In this document: positions 1 through 9,985 of the stretch, piece by piece | Numbering within the stretch: position 1 is the stretch's first letter | How the letters are laid out: every line of letters starts with the position of its first letter | Source of the DNA: Heteronotia binoei | Taxonomy: Eukaryota | DNA: 64,000 nucleotides | Direction: 5' to 3' | Assembly (NCBI RefSeq): GCF_032191835.1 | Contig: NC_083229.1 | Location: forward strand, 12,958,001 to 13,022,000 | The notes under the pieces: model-generated | Database searches by the model: none | The model's input: only the letters and a program-made list of their open reading frames with translations | What the model was told of the DNA's origin: nothing | Program-made: the position numbers and the translations under genes

Positions 1-334
1 ACCTAATATGAAAATGAGCTCCTGGTGGACTTTTTCTTCCCAAAAGCCCTATGTTAAACAATGGTGATGTCAGGGGGTGTGGCCTAATAGGCAAATGAGT
101 CCCTGCTGGACTTTTTCCTACCAAAAAACCCCAAAAACCCTTGCCTGTGAGCATACCTATTTGGAAATCTTAACAAAAAATGTTAAACGCAAAGAGAAGT
201 TGTCCCAGCCTCGTGTCCTACTGGGCGTGATCCTCATGCTTCATTTCGGCATGGGGCTAGAGCCAAATACTGAAAAGCAAGCTCATTTAATTCCCACAAT
301 GCAGTGCAAGAGCCATTTTTTCCACAACACCTCC

Positions 335-812
335 TGACCATCCCTGGCCCTAAGGATGCCCAGCTCACCTCAACCTTTTCAACCCTGGTCCCTTCCTGGT
401 GGAATCAGCTCCCTGTGGAGATCTGGGCCCTACATGGACTACTACCATTTCATAGGGCCTGCAAGACGGAGCTGTTCCGCTGGGTTTACGGTTGAGGCAG
501 CTGGAGTCGTATTATTCCATCATTTGGCCTCCCTTGTGGGTAAACCGTGCCCTTTTGGTGACATTGTACCTTATCACAACGCTATCACCATCACTTAAAT
601 GTGGGTTTATAACTGGCTACTTGACATGCTGTGCCTTTTTTTTTTGCCAATGGTGCATTTTATTTATTGGTTATTGGTTTTACTGTTTAATTTTAATGTG
701 GTATTTTAACTCTGTTTTATAGCCTTGTACTGTTACTATTATATGTTCCGATCCACCTCGAGCCCGGTTACGAGAGAAGGTGGAATAGAAGCCCACAAAA
801 TAAAATAAAATA
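335..812 (+). mobile_element. L2-clade LINE 3' end (5'-truncated)
   Basis: ORF 304..495 encodes WWNQLPVEIWALHGLLPFHRACKTELFR, typical of the L2 ORF2 C-terminus; followed by a T-rich 3'UTR and a (TAAAA)n tail near 797-812. Confidence 0.75.
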
Positions 813-1099
813 CCTTAAGACCACCAAGATTTTTTAAGTCTCAGAGTCAAAGCTGCCCTTTATCAGATACTCTGTGCTGGAGGGAGCTTTGCTTCTCAAA
901 AGCTTAGGATCCCTCAGATTTTGTTGGTCTTTGGGGTACTACTGGACTGAAATCTAGCTGGCCAGCCAAAGAGGTTCTTCTTTCTTCCTTAAAAGGTTTT
1001 TCCTCCCTCCAACTGAAGAGCTAAGAGTTGGAGGAAGGATCCTAAAGTTGGAGAAAGGCTTCCAATTTTGTTCTGTGGAGTGGGAGGCGGTGGCTATAA

Positions 1100-1930
1100 A
1101 CACAGGCATTGGAGTAGAGGTCCATCAGTTCAAGGGATTGGAGTAGAGGTCCATCAGTGGCTATTAGCCACAAGGTATAGATGGAACACTGTGTCTGGGG
1201 TAATGATGCTCTATAGTCTTAGTGCCTGGTGGGAGGGCAACAGTGAGAAGGCTTCTGGAGTTCTAGCCACACTGGTGGACCTCCAGATGGCACCTGGGTT
1301 TTAGTCACTGTGTGACATAAGAACATAAGAGAAGCCATGTTGGATCAGGTCAGTGGCCCATCCAGTCCAACACTTTGTGTCACACAATCGCCAAAACAAC
1401 CCCAAGTGCCATCAAGAGGTCCACCAATGGGGCTAGAAGCCCTTCTACTGTGCCCCCCCCCCAAGCACAAGAATACAGAGTATCACTGCCCCAGACAGAG
1501 AGTTCCAACAATAAGTTGTGGGTAATAGCCACTGATGGACCTCAGCTCCATATGCTTATCCATTCCCCTCTTGAAGCTATGGTTGTAGCTGCCACTACCT
1601 CCTGTGGCAGTGAATTCCAAATGTTAATCAACCTTTGGGTGAAGAAGTACTTTTTTATCAACTGCTCAGCAATTTCAGTGGTGTGGGGCCATTGGTCTGA
1701 TCCAACATGGCTTCTCTTATGTTCTTATGTCACACAGTGGCTAAAACCCAGGTGCCATCAGGAGGTCCACCAGTGTGGCCAGAACTCCAGAAGCCTTCTC
1801 ACTGTTGCCAAGCACCAAGACTATAGAGCATCACTTCCCCAGACACAGTGTTCCATCTATACCTTGTGGCTAATAGTCACTGATGGACCTCTACTCCAAT
1901 CCCTTGAAGCTGCCTGTGCTTATAGCCACC
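1100..1930. mobile_element. CR1 LINE 3' fragments, one + (about 1100-1320) and two - (about 1318-1930)
   Basis: CR1 3'UTR motifs tggctattagcca, ggccactgtgtgaca and the terminal cttatgttcttatg (reverse complement taagaacataag at 1318). Confidence 0.7.
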
Positions 1931-1959
1931 ACTTCCAACTCCACAGAACAAAGTTTGAC

Positions 1960-2390
1960 TTAGAGTGTTGGATTAGATGGGCCACTGGTCCGATCCAACA
2001 TGGCTTCTCCTATGTTCTTATGGGACAACAGAGTGTTGGACTGGATGGGCCACTGGTCTGATCCAACATGGTTTCTCTTATGTTCTTATGTGATACAGAG
2101 TGTTGGACTGGATGGGCCACTGGCCTGATCCAACATGGCTTCTCTTATGTTCTTATGTGACACAGAGTGTTGGACTGGATGGGCCACTGGCCTGATCCAA
2201 CATGGCTTCTCTTATGTTCTTATGTGACACAGAGTGTTGGATTAGATGGGCCATTGGCCCGATCCAACATGGCTTCTCCTATGTTCTGGCTCTGCCGGTG
2301 GACCTCCTGAAGGCACCTGGCTTTTAGCCACTGTGTGACATAGATTGTTGGACTAGATGGGCCATTGGCCTGATTCAACATGCCTTCTGT
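1960..2390 (+). repeat. Minisatellite of the CR1 extreme 3' end, 67-bp unit, about 5 copies plus one separated copy
   Basis: Unit gacacagagtgttggactggatgggccactggcctgatccaacatggcttctcttatgttcttatgt; equivalent positions at 1973, 2041, 2108, 2175, 2242. Confidence 0.9.
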
Positions 2391-2622
2391 TACATTGTTG
2401 TGTTTTTATGGGGTAGGATCCACCCTAGTGTATTCTCCTTTACTCAAATGTCATGTGTGTAAGCTACTATCTAATCAGTTGTTGTTGGGGGGTTTTAAAA
2501 TCAATTTGATGGCACAGAACAATGTTGTGCACCACTGTGAATCTCCATTACATTCGCAAAATTGGAAGTATTGGGTCTGATTGAGGGATTTTAACCAGGA
2601 GTTCTAATTGCTCCGTACAGCT

Positions 2623-3504
2623 TTATTCCTCTTCAAACATTCTCTGAAGGATAAGCTTCATGCCCCCCCTGGGCTGTTTCTTCTTCCTTCTCCCAACGAG
2701 GAAATAAATCAGCGGATTAACACTGCTGTTGAGCGAGGCACATAACAATCCGTACCGCATAGAAGTGGAAAGAGGTTCTTGGGTCAAACTAGAGAGCAAA
2801 TAAATGGCATTCAGCGGGAAAGCAAAGATGAGGAAAAAGAGGAGAGTGACAAAGATGGCCGTTAAAAGCTTCCCTCGCCGCCGCTGTTGTGGTTTTAGAA
2901 ATATTTTGAAGAACAGGGTCAGAGCGGAGATGATCATGAATGGGACGCAAAGCAGGGCATTGACAAAAAACTGGAAGAACATGAGGCGCTCATTCCTTTC
3001 CGGGTTTCTAATCTGGAGAATCAGAAAGTGAATGGCATTAAGCAGGAAGACGAGGACCCAGATGACGGCACACACCGTGGTGGACAAGTGAGCCGGTCGG
3101 TGGACTTGATGCCACAATGGGAAGAGGACACACACACAACGGTCAATGCTGATGGCGGTTAGCAGAAACTGGCCAGTGCTGTACATGAATATAATGAGCT
3201 CCTCGTAGATGGGCGTTGAAGTGAAATTTCCCACAGCAAAAAATATCACCATCGAGAAGAGGACTCCGATGTCAGCCACAGCCAAGTTCAGGATGTAGAT
3301 GGTGAAAGAATTCCTCTTGATGCGGAAGCCGAGAAGCCAGATGACAATGACATTCCCCAGAAATCCAAAAACATTGACAAAAATAAGAAAGACGAAGAAA
3401 ATCCTTTGTTCAACGTACTCATAAATTTGAGTGTAATACAACTCATCATCTTCTTGCCCTACAGTCATTGGGGTGTGATTGGTCAGGCTGAAATTGGTCG
3501 CCAT
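2623..3504 (-). CDS. MAS-related G protein-coupled receptor (MRGPRH/MAS1-like), gene g1, 293 aa, single coding exon
   Basis: Seven hydrophobic segments; GN (TM1), LAVAD (TM2), ISIDRC (TM3), W4.50, P5.50, FAFP (TM6), SLNSSVNPLIYFLVG (TM7); N-terminal sequons NFS and NHT; GFRIKRNSFTIYILNLAVAD is characteristic of MRG receptors. Confidence 0.95.
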   Translation of the reverse strand: MATNFSLTNHTPMTVGQEDDELYYTQIYEYVEQRIFFVFLIFVNVFGFLGNVIVIWLLGFRIKRNSFTIYILNLAVADIGVLFSMVIFFAVGNFTSTPIYEELIIFMYSTGQFLLTAISIDRCVCVLFPLWHQVHRPAHLSTTVCAVIWVLVFLLNAIHFLILQIRNPERNERLMFFQFFVNALLCVPFMIISALTLFFKIFLKPQQRRRGKLLTAIFVTLLFFLIFAFPLNAIYLLSSLTQEPLSTSMRYGLLCASLNSSVNPLIYFLVGRRKKKQPRGGMKLILQRMFEEE

Positions 3505-3550
3505 GCTTTGTATCTGCTGTTAGAAGTCTCTTCTGCCTATGGAGGCGCTC

Positions 3551-3570
3551 CTGCTAGGATAAAAGACACA
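3551..3570 (-). promoter_or_regulatory. 3' splice acceptor of the g1 coding exon (tandem TAG/CAG, NAGNAG)
   Basis: Minus strand tgtgtcttttatcctagcag|gagcg, 46 nt before the ATG; the same ag|gag junction recurs upstream of g2-g5. Confidence 0.7.
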
Positions 3571-3750
3571 GAGTGAGGGGAAGTCAGTTCCTGCAGCAAA
3601 GATGAATTAATGATGCAGCCAGGAATCAACTCTGCATTGGCCTGGTCCATGTTATCATTTTGAAAACCCATTACCCACACGGGGAACTTTCGACGGAATG
3701 ACTAATGATGTTTTTTTTTAAGAAAATTCCATGGAAGGCTAATCAAACAA

Positions 3751-3963
3751 TGAACATATGAAGCTGCCTTATACTGAATCAGACCCTCGGTCCATCAAAG
3801 TCAGTATTGTCTACTCAGACTGGCAGCGGCTCTCCAGGGTCTCAAGCTGAGGTTTTTCACACCTATTTGCCTGGACCCTTTTTAGTTGGAGATGCCGGGG
3901 ATTGAACATGGGACCTTCTGCTTACCAAGCAGATGCTCTGCCACTGAGCCACTGTCCCTCCCC
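3751..3963 (-). mobile_element. tRNA-derived SINE, Squam2-like family
   Basis: A box tggctcagtgg, B box ggttcaatcc, body and catatgttc tail match copies at 13435, 15906 and 56999. Confidence 0.8.
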
Positions 3964-4028
3964 TAATAATAATAATAATAATAGATATTAGTCTAATAAA
4001 AAAGATACACTATACCTGGAGACATACT

Positions 4029-5530
4029 GGAGAGCCAGTTTGGTGTAGTGGTTAAGTGTGCGGACTCTTATCTGGGAGACTTGGGTTTGATTCACCGTAG
4101 CTGCTCCTCCGAGATGGGCGGACTCTTATCTGGGAGAACCTGGTTTGATTCCCCACTCCTCCGCTTCCACCTGCTGGAATGGCCTTGGGTCAGCCATAGC
4201 TCTGGCAGAGGTTGTCATTGAAAGAGCAGCTGCTGTGAGAGCCCTCTCTAGCCCCACCCACCTCACAGGGTGTCTGTTGTGGGGGAGGAAGGTAAAGGAG
4301 ATTGTAAGCCGCTCTGAGACTCTTCGGAGTGGAGGGCGGGATATAAATCCAATATCTTATCTTTTTTATCAATTCCCCACTCCTCCACTTGCACCTGCTA
4401 GCATGGCCTTGGGTCAGCCATGGCTCTGGCAGAGGTTGTCCTTGAAAGGGCAGCTGCTGTGAGAGCCCTCTCCAGCCCCACCCACCTCACAGGGTGTCTG
4501 TTGTGGGGGAGGAAGGTAAAGGAGATTGTGAGCCGCTCTGAGACTCTTCGGAGTGGAGGGCGGGATATAAATCCAATATCTTCATCTACCTCACAGGGTG
4601 TCTGTTGTGGGGGAGGAAGGGAAAGGAGATTGAGCCGCTCTGAGACTCTTTGGAGTGGAGGGCGGGATATAAATCCAATATCTTCATCTACTTCACAGGG
4701 TGTCTGTTGTTGGGGGGCGGGAAGGAAAAGGAGATTGTGAGCCGCTCTGAGACTCTTCGGAGTGGAGGGCGGGATATAAATCCAATATCTTCATCTACCT
4801 CACAGGGTGTCTGTTGTGAGGGAGGAAGGTAAAGGAGATTGTGAGCCGCTCTGAGACTCTTCGGAGTGGAGGGCGGGATATAAACCCAATATCTTCATCT
4901 ACCTCACAGGGTGTCTGTTGTGAGGGAGGAAGGTAAAGGAGATTGTGAGCCGCTCTGAGACTCTTCGGAGTGGAGGGCGGGATATAAACCCAATATCTTC
5001 ATCTACCTCACAGGGTGTCTGTTGTGAGGGAGGAAGGTAAAGGAGATTGTGAGCCGCTCTGAGACTCTTCGGAGTGGAGGGCGGGATATAAATCCAATAT
5101 CTTCATCTACCTCACAGGGTGTCTGTCGTGAGGGAGGAAGGTAAAGGAGATTGTGAGCTGCCCTGAGACTCTTCGGAGTGGAGGGCGGGTTATCTTCATC
5201 TACCTCACAGGGTGTCTGTAGTGGGGGAGGAAGGTAAAGGAGATTGTGAGCCGCTCTGAGACTCTTCGGAGTGGAGGGCGGGATATAAATCCAATATCTT
5301 CATCTACCTCACAGGGTGTCTGTCGTGAGGGAGGAAGGTAAAGGAGATTGTGAGCTGCCCTGAGACTCTTCGGAGTGGAGGGCGGGTTATCTTCATCTAC
5401 CTCACAGGGTGTCTGTTGTGGGGGAGGAAGGTAAAGGAGATTGTGAGCCGCTCTGAGACTCTTCGGAGTGGAGGGCGGGATATAAATCCAATATCTTCTT
5501 CTTCTTCATCATCTTCTTCGTCTTCTACTC
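4029..5530 (+). repeat. Compound Squam3-like SINEs ending in a SINE-tail satellite (about 104-bp unit, 10 tails)
   Basis: Head gagagccagtttggtgtagtgg, B box ggtttgattcc; the tail motif cgggat recurs at 4561, 4663, 4770, 4874, 4978, 5082, 5186, 5279, 5383, 5476; ends in (TTC)n. Confidence 0.9.
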
Positions 5531-5658
5531 AATTTCATTAAAATGCTTCATTCTAAACTGTCAGCTGTCTTGTTAGTGGCATGTCCCTTGCGTTTTTTTT
5601 TTTTTTTAAATGGACCACAACAGACTCCTGTAGTGCAAAATGAGCTGTCATTTGGGTG

Positions 5659-6156
5659 TAGGGATGCCAATCCCTAGGTGGGGGCAGGGGATCCCCTGGT
5701 TGGGAGGCCCTCTTCCCACTTCAGGGTCATCACAAAGTGTGTGAGGGAGGGAATTGTCTGTGAGGCATTCCATTATTCCCTATGGAGACTGATTCTCACG
5801 AGATATAATGGAGAATTGATCTGTTGGCATCTGGGGCTCTGGGAGGTGTTTTTTGAGATAGCGGCACTAAATTCACAGCATAGCATCCAGTGCCACTCCC
5901 CAAAGCACCCTCCTAGTTTCAAAAAGTTTGGACCAGGGGGTCCAATTCTATGAGCCCCTAAAGCAGGTGCCCCTATCCTTCCAAATGGAGGGGAGGCATT
6001 TAAAAGGTGTGCGGTCCTTTTAAAAGTGATGGCCAGAACTCCCTTTTGGAGTTCAATGATGCTTGTCACAACCTCGCTCCTGGCTCCACCCCCAAAGTCT
6101 CTTGGCTCCACCCACAAAGCCCCCAGATATTTCTTGAATTGGACTTGGCAACACTA
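5659..6156 (-). mobile_element. hAT-type MITE with TAGGGTTGCCA termini (about 500 bp family)
   Basis: Termini tagggatgcc / ggcaacacta; flanks tttgggtg / tttggggg (7/8 TSD). Confidence 0.8.
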
Positions 6157-6804
6157 TTTGGGGGCAATTTGAAGCCACTCTGATCCCCAAAACTACCTAT
6201 CTATTGGAAAAGCTGGTCCCACATTTGTTCAGTTGTTTCTTATTCTTGTTCAAGGTATAAACTTTCCTGCACAGGCATATTTCTTCAGCACCTACAGGTG
6301 CCGCTGGTCTCAAACTTTGTCCTGCTGCTTTCGACCAACATGCCTACCCACCCGAACCTATGTGGAAAGGAAACTAAGTTTGAGTCTATCTCGGCAGTGC
6401 AATCAGCTGCCTAGGAAATGGTGAGCTCTCCCACACTGGCTATCTTAGACCAGCAACTGGACAAACCCTTGAAAGGGACATTTTAGACTGATCCTGCATT
6501 GAGCAAGAGGCTGGCCTAGAGGTCTGTATGGCCCCTTCCGACTCCACGATTTTCTGATTCTAAGATTTAATGGGCATTTTGTCCTGTTTAAGTTGCAGTG
6601 GCATGATTCATATGGTCTTCTGGTGATCTAGAATTGCCAAGTCCTCTTCGTCTCGGAGCGGGGGACTTTTGTATGTGCGCAAAGCAAGCGCATGATGCAA
6701 TGATGTCACCCGAAAGTGACATCAATCTGCTGGTGATGCCACGTGCGGCTGCTCTAGGCATTTCTGGGGAAACTCTATGATTTTCCTGGATGCTGTAGCC
6801 ATTT

Positions 6805-7078
6805 GAAGAAGAAGATATTGGATTTATATCCCGCCCTCCACTCCGAAGAGTCTCAGAGCGGCTCACAATCTCCTTTACCTTCCTCCCCCACAACAGACAC
6901 CCTGTGAGGTGGGTGGGGCTGGAGAGGGCTCTCACAGCAGCTGCCCTTTCAAGGACAACCTCTGCCAGAGCTATGGCTGACCCAAGGCCATGCTAGCAGG
7001 TGCAAGTGGAGGAGTGGGGAATCAAACCCGGTTCTCCCAGATAAGAGTCTGCATGCTTAACCACTATACCAAACTGGT
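6805..7078 (-). mobile_element. Squam3-like SINE, full length
   Basis: Reverse complement of head, body and (TTC)n tail. Confidence 0.85.
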
Positions 7079-7644
7079 ACCATAGAATTTTCCTTCCCAA
7101 ATGGCTAGAATGTCCAGGAAAATGGTGGCGTTTTTCTGGAAACGCTTAGAGCAGCAACTGTGCACCGTCGCCTGTGCGATGACATCACTTCTGGGTGATG
7201 TCATCATGCCGGCGACATATGGGGAGTTTCCCCCTGCTGGTCCAATGTGGACCGGCAGGTTGGGAGCCTCCCAGGCGGTGATCTGACTGCCATGAGCACT
7301 GGAAATCTCTGGGTAGGTGATTGACCATTGGAGACACTGTTGCTGCTCAGAAGTCTGAAACTGGAGGAAGATAAAAGAGGTCAAGGGATAGTAGAAGGGA
7401 ATAACCAGAGCAGATCCTGGTGGGCATGTTGAGGTTTCACATAGGGTTGCCAACCTCCAGACAGGCTAAGCAATACAGGAGAATCACGGACAGGAGAAAA
7501 AACATACTCCACAATACCACGATTAAACAAAATTGCCATGTTTTTGCAAATTATTATATACTATTTATAAAGCTTGAATCTTCTCGCATCTCACAATTTA
7601 TGTTCCTAATCAAAAACCACACAAAAGTGCCACAATTATTAAAT

Positions 7645-7856
7645 AAAGCAGGAGTCAAGTTTCACCTTTAAGACCAACCAAGTTTTATTGAAAACCTAAG
7701 CTTTTGTACGCTCTTTAAGCACACTTCATCAGATGAGGGGATCAGGTATTGTTTCCTGATCCCCTTGTCTGATGAAGTGTGCTTGGAGAGCACACGAAAG
7801 CTTACGTTCTCAATAAAATTTGGTTGGCCTTAAAGGTGCCACTTGATTCCTGCTTT
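7645..7856. mobile_element. Penelope-like element LTR fragments in inverted arrangement (212-bp palindrome)
   Basis: About 102-bp arms around loop tattgttt (7747-7754); motifs cacctttaagaccaac and aataaaa...ggtcttaaaggtgcc resemble squamate PLE LTRs. Confidence 0.7.
7766..7806 (+). ncRNA. Minimal type I hammerhead ribozyme motif (Penelope type)
   Basis: UGU-CUGAUGA-A-GUGUGC-UUGGAGA-GCACAC-GAAA-GCUU-ACG: core CUGAUGA 7769-7775, 6-8 bp stem II, GAAA 7796-7799, palindromic AAGCUU stem III, 3-bp stem I. Confidence 0.7.
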
Positions 7857-8080
7857 GTTCAACTGCTTCAGACCAACATGGCTGCCCTCTTACAATTATT
7901 AAATGTTCAGTGTCCCAAAAAATTCTCTTAAAGTCCAAACTCCATACTTGAAAGACCAAAGCTGCTTGGACAAAAGTACTTGTAACCCCATAACTTCCAT
8001 TTTTATTGGGTAGAGAGACTCCTTGTGCCCCTTCCAATGGAGACGCCACCTTCAGTAGAACTCCATTTCCAAAAAAACTT

Positions 8081-8360
8081 AAGAAGAAGAAGATATTGGA
8101 TTTATATCCCACCCTCCACTCCGAAGAGCCTCAGAGCGGCTCACAATCTCCTTTACCTTCCTCCTCCACAACAAACACCCTGTGAGGTGGGTGGGGCTGG
8201 AGAGGGCTCTCACAGCAGCTGCCCTTTCAAGGACAATCTCTGCCAGAGCTATGGCTGACCCAAGGCCATTCCAGCAGCTGCAAGTGGAGGAGTGGGGAAT
8301 CAAATTCGGTTCTCCCAGATAAGAGTCCGCACACTTAACCACTACACCAAACTGGCTCTC
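8081..8360 (-). mobile_element. Squam3-like SINE, full length
   Basis: Reverse complement of head, body and (TTC)n tail. Confidence 0.85.
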
Positions 8361-8578
8361 CATAAAACATGCTTAAAATGATAGCACTGATTGGTCTTAA
8401 AGGTGCTTTCTTTGTAGGAAGGAAGAGAGATGGAGAAGGAAGCAGATGACAGCCAGCTGATCAGCCTGATCCAGCCCCCAAACTTCATATTTGACGCCCC
8501 TGTTCTCAAGCTTCAGGCTAAACCAAGGTTGAGTCCAGTGGCACCTGTAAGACCAACAACGTTTTAATCAAACTCTAA

Positions 8579-8863
8579 GGGCGTTTTCACACTGACCTTA
8601 ATCGGCAGCGACGCCCCTCTTCACCGCGCAGGATCTGCGCGGATTTCGCACCAATTGCTGCGGAGCACCAGGAAGAGCCGCAAAGTCCCGCGGCTTTTGA
8701 GGTGCAAATGTAAACCGCCAAAACCAGTTTACATTTGCGCCACAAAAGCCGTGGGACTTTGCGGCTCTTCCGGGTGCTCCGCAGCAATTGGTGCGAAATC
8801 CGCGCAGATCCTGCGCGGTGAAGAGGGGCGTCGCTGCCGATTAAGGTCAGTGCAAAAACGCCC
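8579..8863. mobile_element. Foldback MITE (285-bp near-perfect palindrome, PIF/Harbinger-like termini GGGCGTTTT) inserted in a Penelope-like fragment
   Basis: 137-bp arms with about 6 mismatches, loop cgccaaaacca; TAA on the left flank, right-hand TSD imperfect; CpG-rich. Confidence 0.8.
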
Positions 8864-8968
8864 AATGCTTTCATGTGCAAGCACGCTGGATTCAAACTAT
8901 GTTTTGCTGCTTCAGACCAACGAGGCTAGCTACCTGAAGCTGCAGGCCAGATGTTCGAATTGATGGCA

Positions 8969-9904
8969 TCACAACATTGTTTGGGCGTGTGGTTGTCGTT
9001 CCATCCTGGTGTCTCTCTCCTCCTTGAAAACCCTCTGGAGGATCGCCTTCATTCTCTCCTGAAAGGTGCCGCCGTTCTGTCTCCCAGCCAAGAAATAAAT
9101 CAGTGGATTGATACTACTCTTTAGAGAGGTCCATAAGCCAACGTATATTGCGATATCGTCGGCAAACATGAAAAAAGAGACATACATCAGAATAACAAAC
9201 AAGAGGAAGGAGAGAAGAACAAGCAAGATCGCTTTCAAAAGATTCCCACACCGACACCTTGGCGATTTCAAGCAGACTTTGATGAGCAGGGTCAGAGTGG
9301 AGATGATCACAAGTAAGACACAAATCAAATTCGTCAGAATGTGACCCAAAAGTAGTATAGTTTCGTAATCATCTGGTAACAAGTCCATTAATAACAAAAA
9401 AGAGGGCACTCCAACGAGGGCAAAAGAGAGAGCCCATGCGAAGGCGCACACGGTGGTGGACAATGCTGGTGACCGGTGGCGTCGGTACCAATTTGGGAAG
9501 AAGACAGACACCCATCTGTCAATGCTAATGGCTGTCAGGAGAAGCGGACAACTGCTGTACGTCGATAGGAAGAGACTAATCAAAAGGCTTCCAAGACCGG
9601 CAGGACATTCAAGATAGTCACCGAAAGATGGTGGGTTGAAACATAGATCTACTGGAAGCAGAAATGCGAGGGATCCAAAGTCAGCCACGGCCAAGTTCAG
9701 GATGTAGATGGCCAAAGGTTTTCTTTGAATATGGAAGCTAAGAAGCCTGATGAGATTCCCATTCCCCACCAGTCCAATTAGGGAGAAGAGAATAATGAAG
9801 ACAGAAAGGATAACTCGATCGCCAATGAAACTGTATCGTAGCAGATCTTTTTCAGTAGCACTAAAGAACAAGGTCTTAAGGTCGAACCCATCCGCCACGG
9901 TCAT
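8969..9904 (-). CDS. MAS-related GPCR, gene g2, 311 aa (ATG at 9904; the ORF track's GTG extension to 9964 is not used)
   Basis: GN, LAVAD, ISIDRW, W4.50, SLKSSINPLIYFLAG; the start MTVADGF aligns with MVDGF/MTDGF of g3-g5. Confidence 0.93.
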   Translation of the reverse strand: MTVADGFDLKTLFFSATEKDLLRYSFIGDRVILSVFIILFSLIGLVGNGNLIRLLSFHIQRKPLAIYILNLAVADFGSLAFLLPVDLCFNPPSFGDYLECPAGLGSLLISLFLSTYSSCPLLLTAISIDRWVSVFFPNWYRRHRSPALSTTVCAFAWALSFALVGVPSFLLLMDLLPDDYETILLLGHILTNLICVLLVIISTLTLLIKVCLKSPRCRCGNLLKAILLVLLSFLLFVILMYVSFFMFADDIAIYVGLWTSLKSSINPLIYFLAGRQNGGTFQERMKAILQRVFKEERDTRMERQPHAQTML

Positions 9905-9966
9905 CTTCAGCTTGTGTGTGTGCGTGGGGGGGGGGGGTAATTTCTGCGGGTCCTGGGCCGCCACTC

Positions 9967-9985
9967 CTGCGAGGACAAAAGAGGC
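9967..9985 (-). promoter_or_regulatory. 3' splice acceptor of the g2 coding exon
   Basis: Minus strand cctcttttgtcctcgcag|gagtgg, conserved in g3-g5. Confidence 0.75.

Noticed and set aside
7345-7460. Ancient regulatory element shared between g1 and g3/g4
   Set aside because: Its position (about 1.5 kb past the g2, g4 and g5 stops) shows it is simply 3' flank of the duplicated unit
7695-7735. Second hammerhead on the minus strand
   Set aside because: Core GAAA is mutated to AAAA
9905-9964. 20-aa N-terminal extension of g2
   Set aside because: GTG start 2 nt into the exon; includes a poly-C/CA insertion absent from the paralogs
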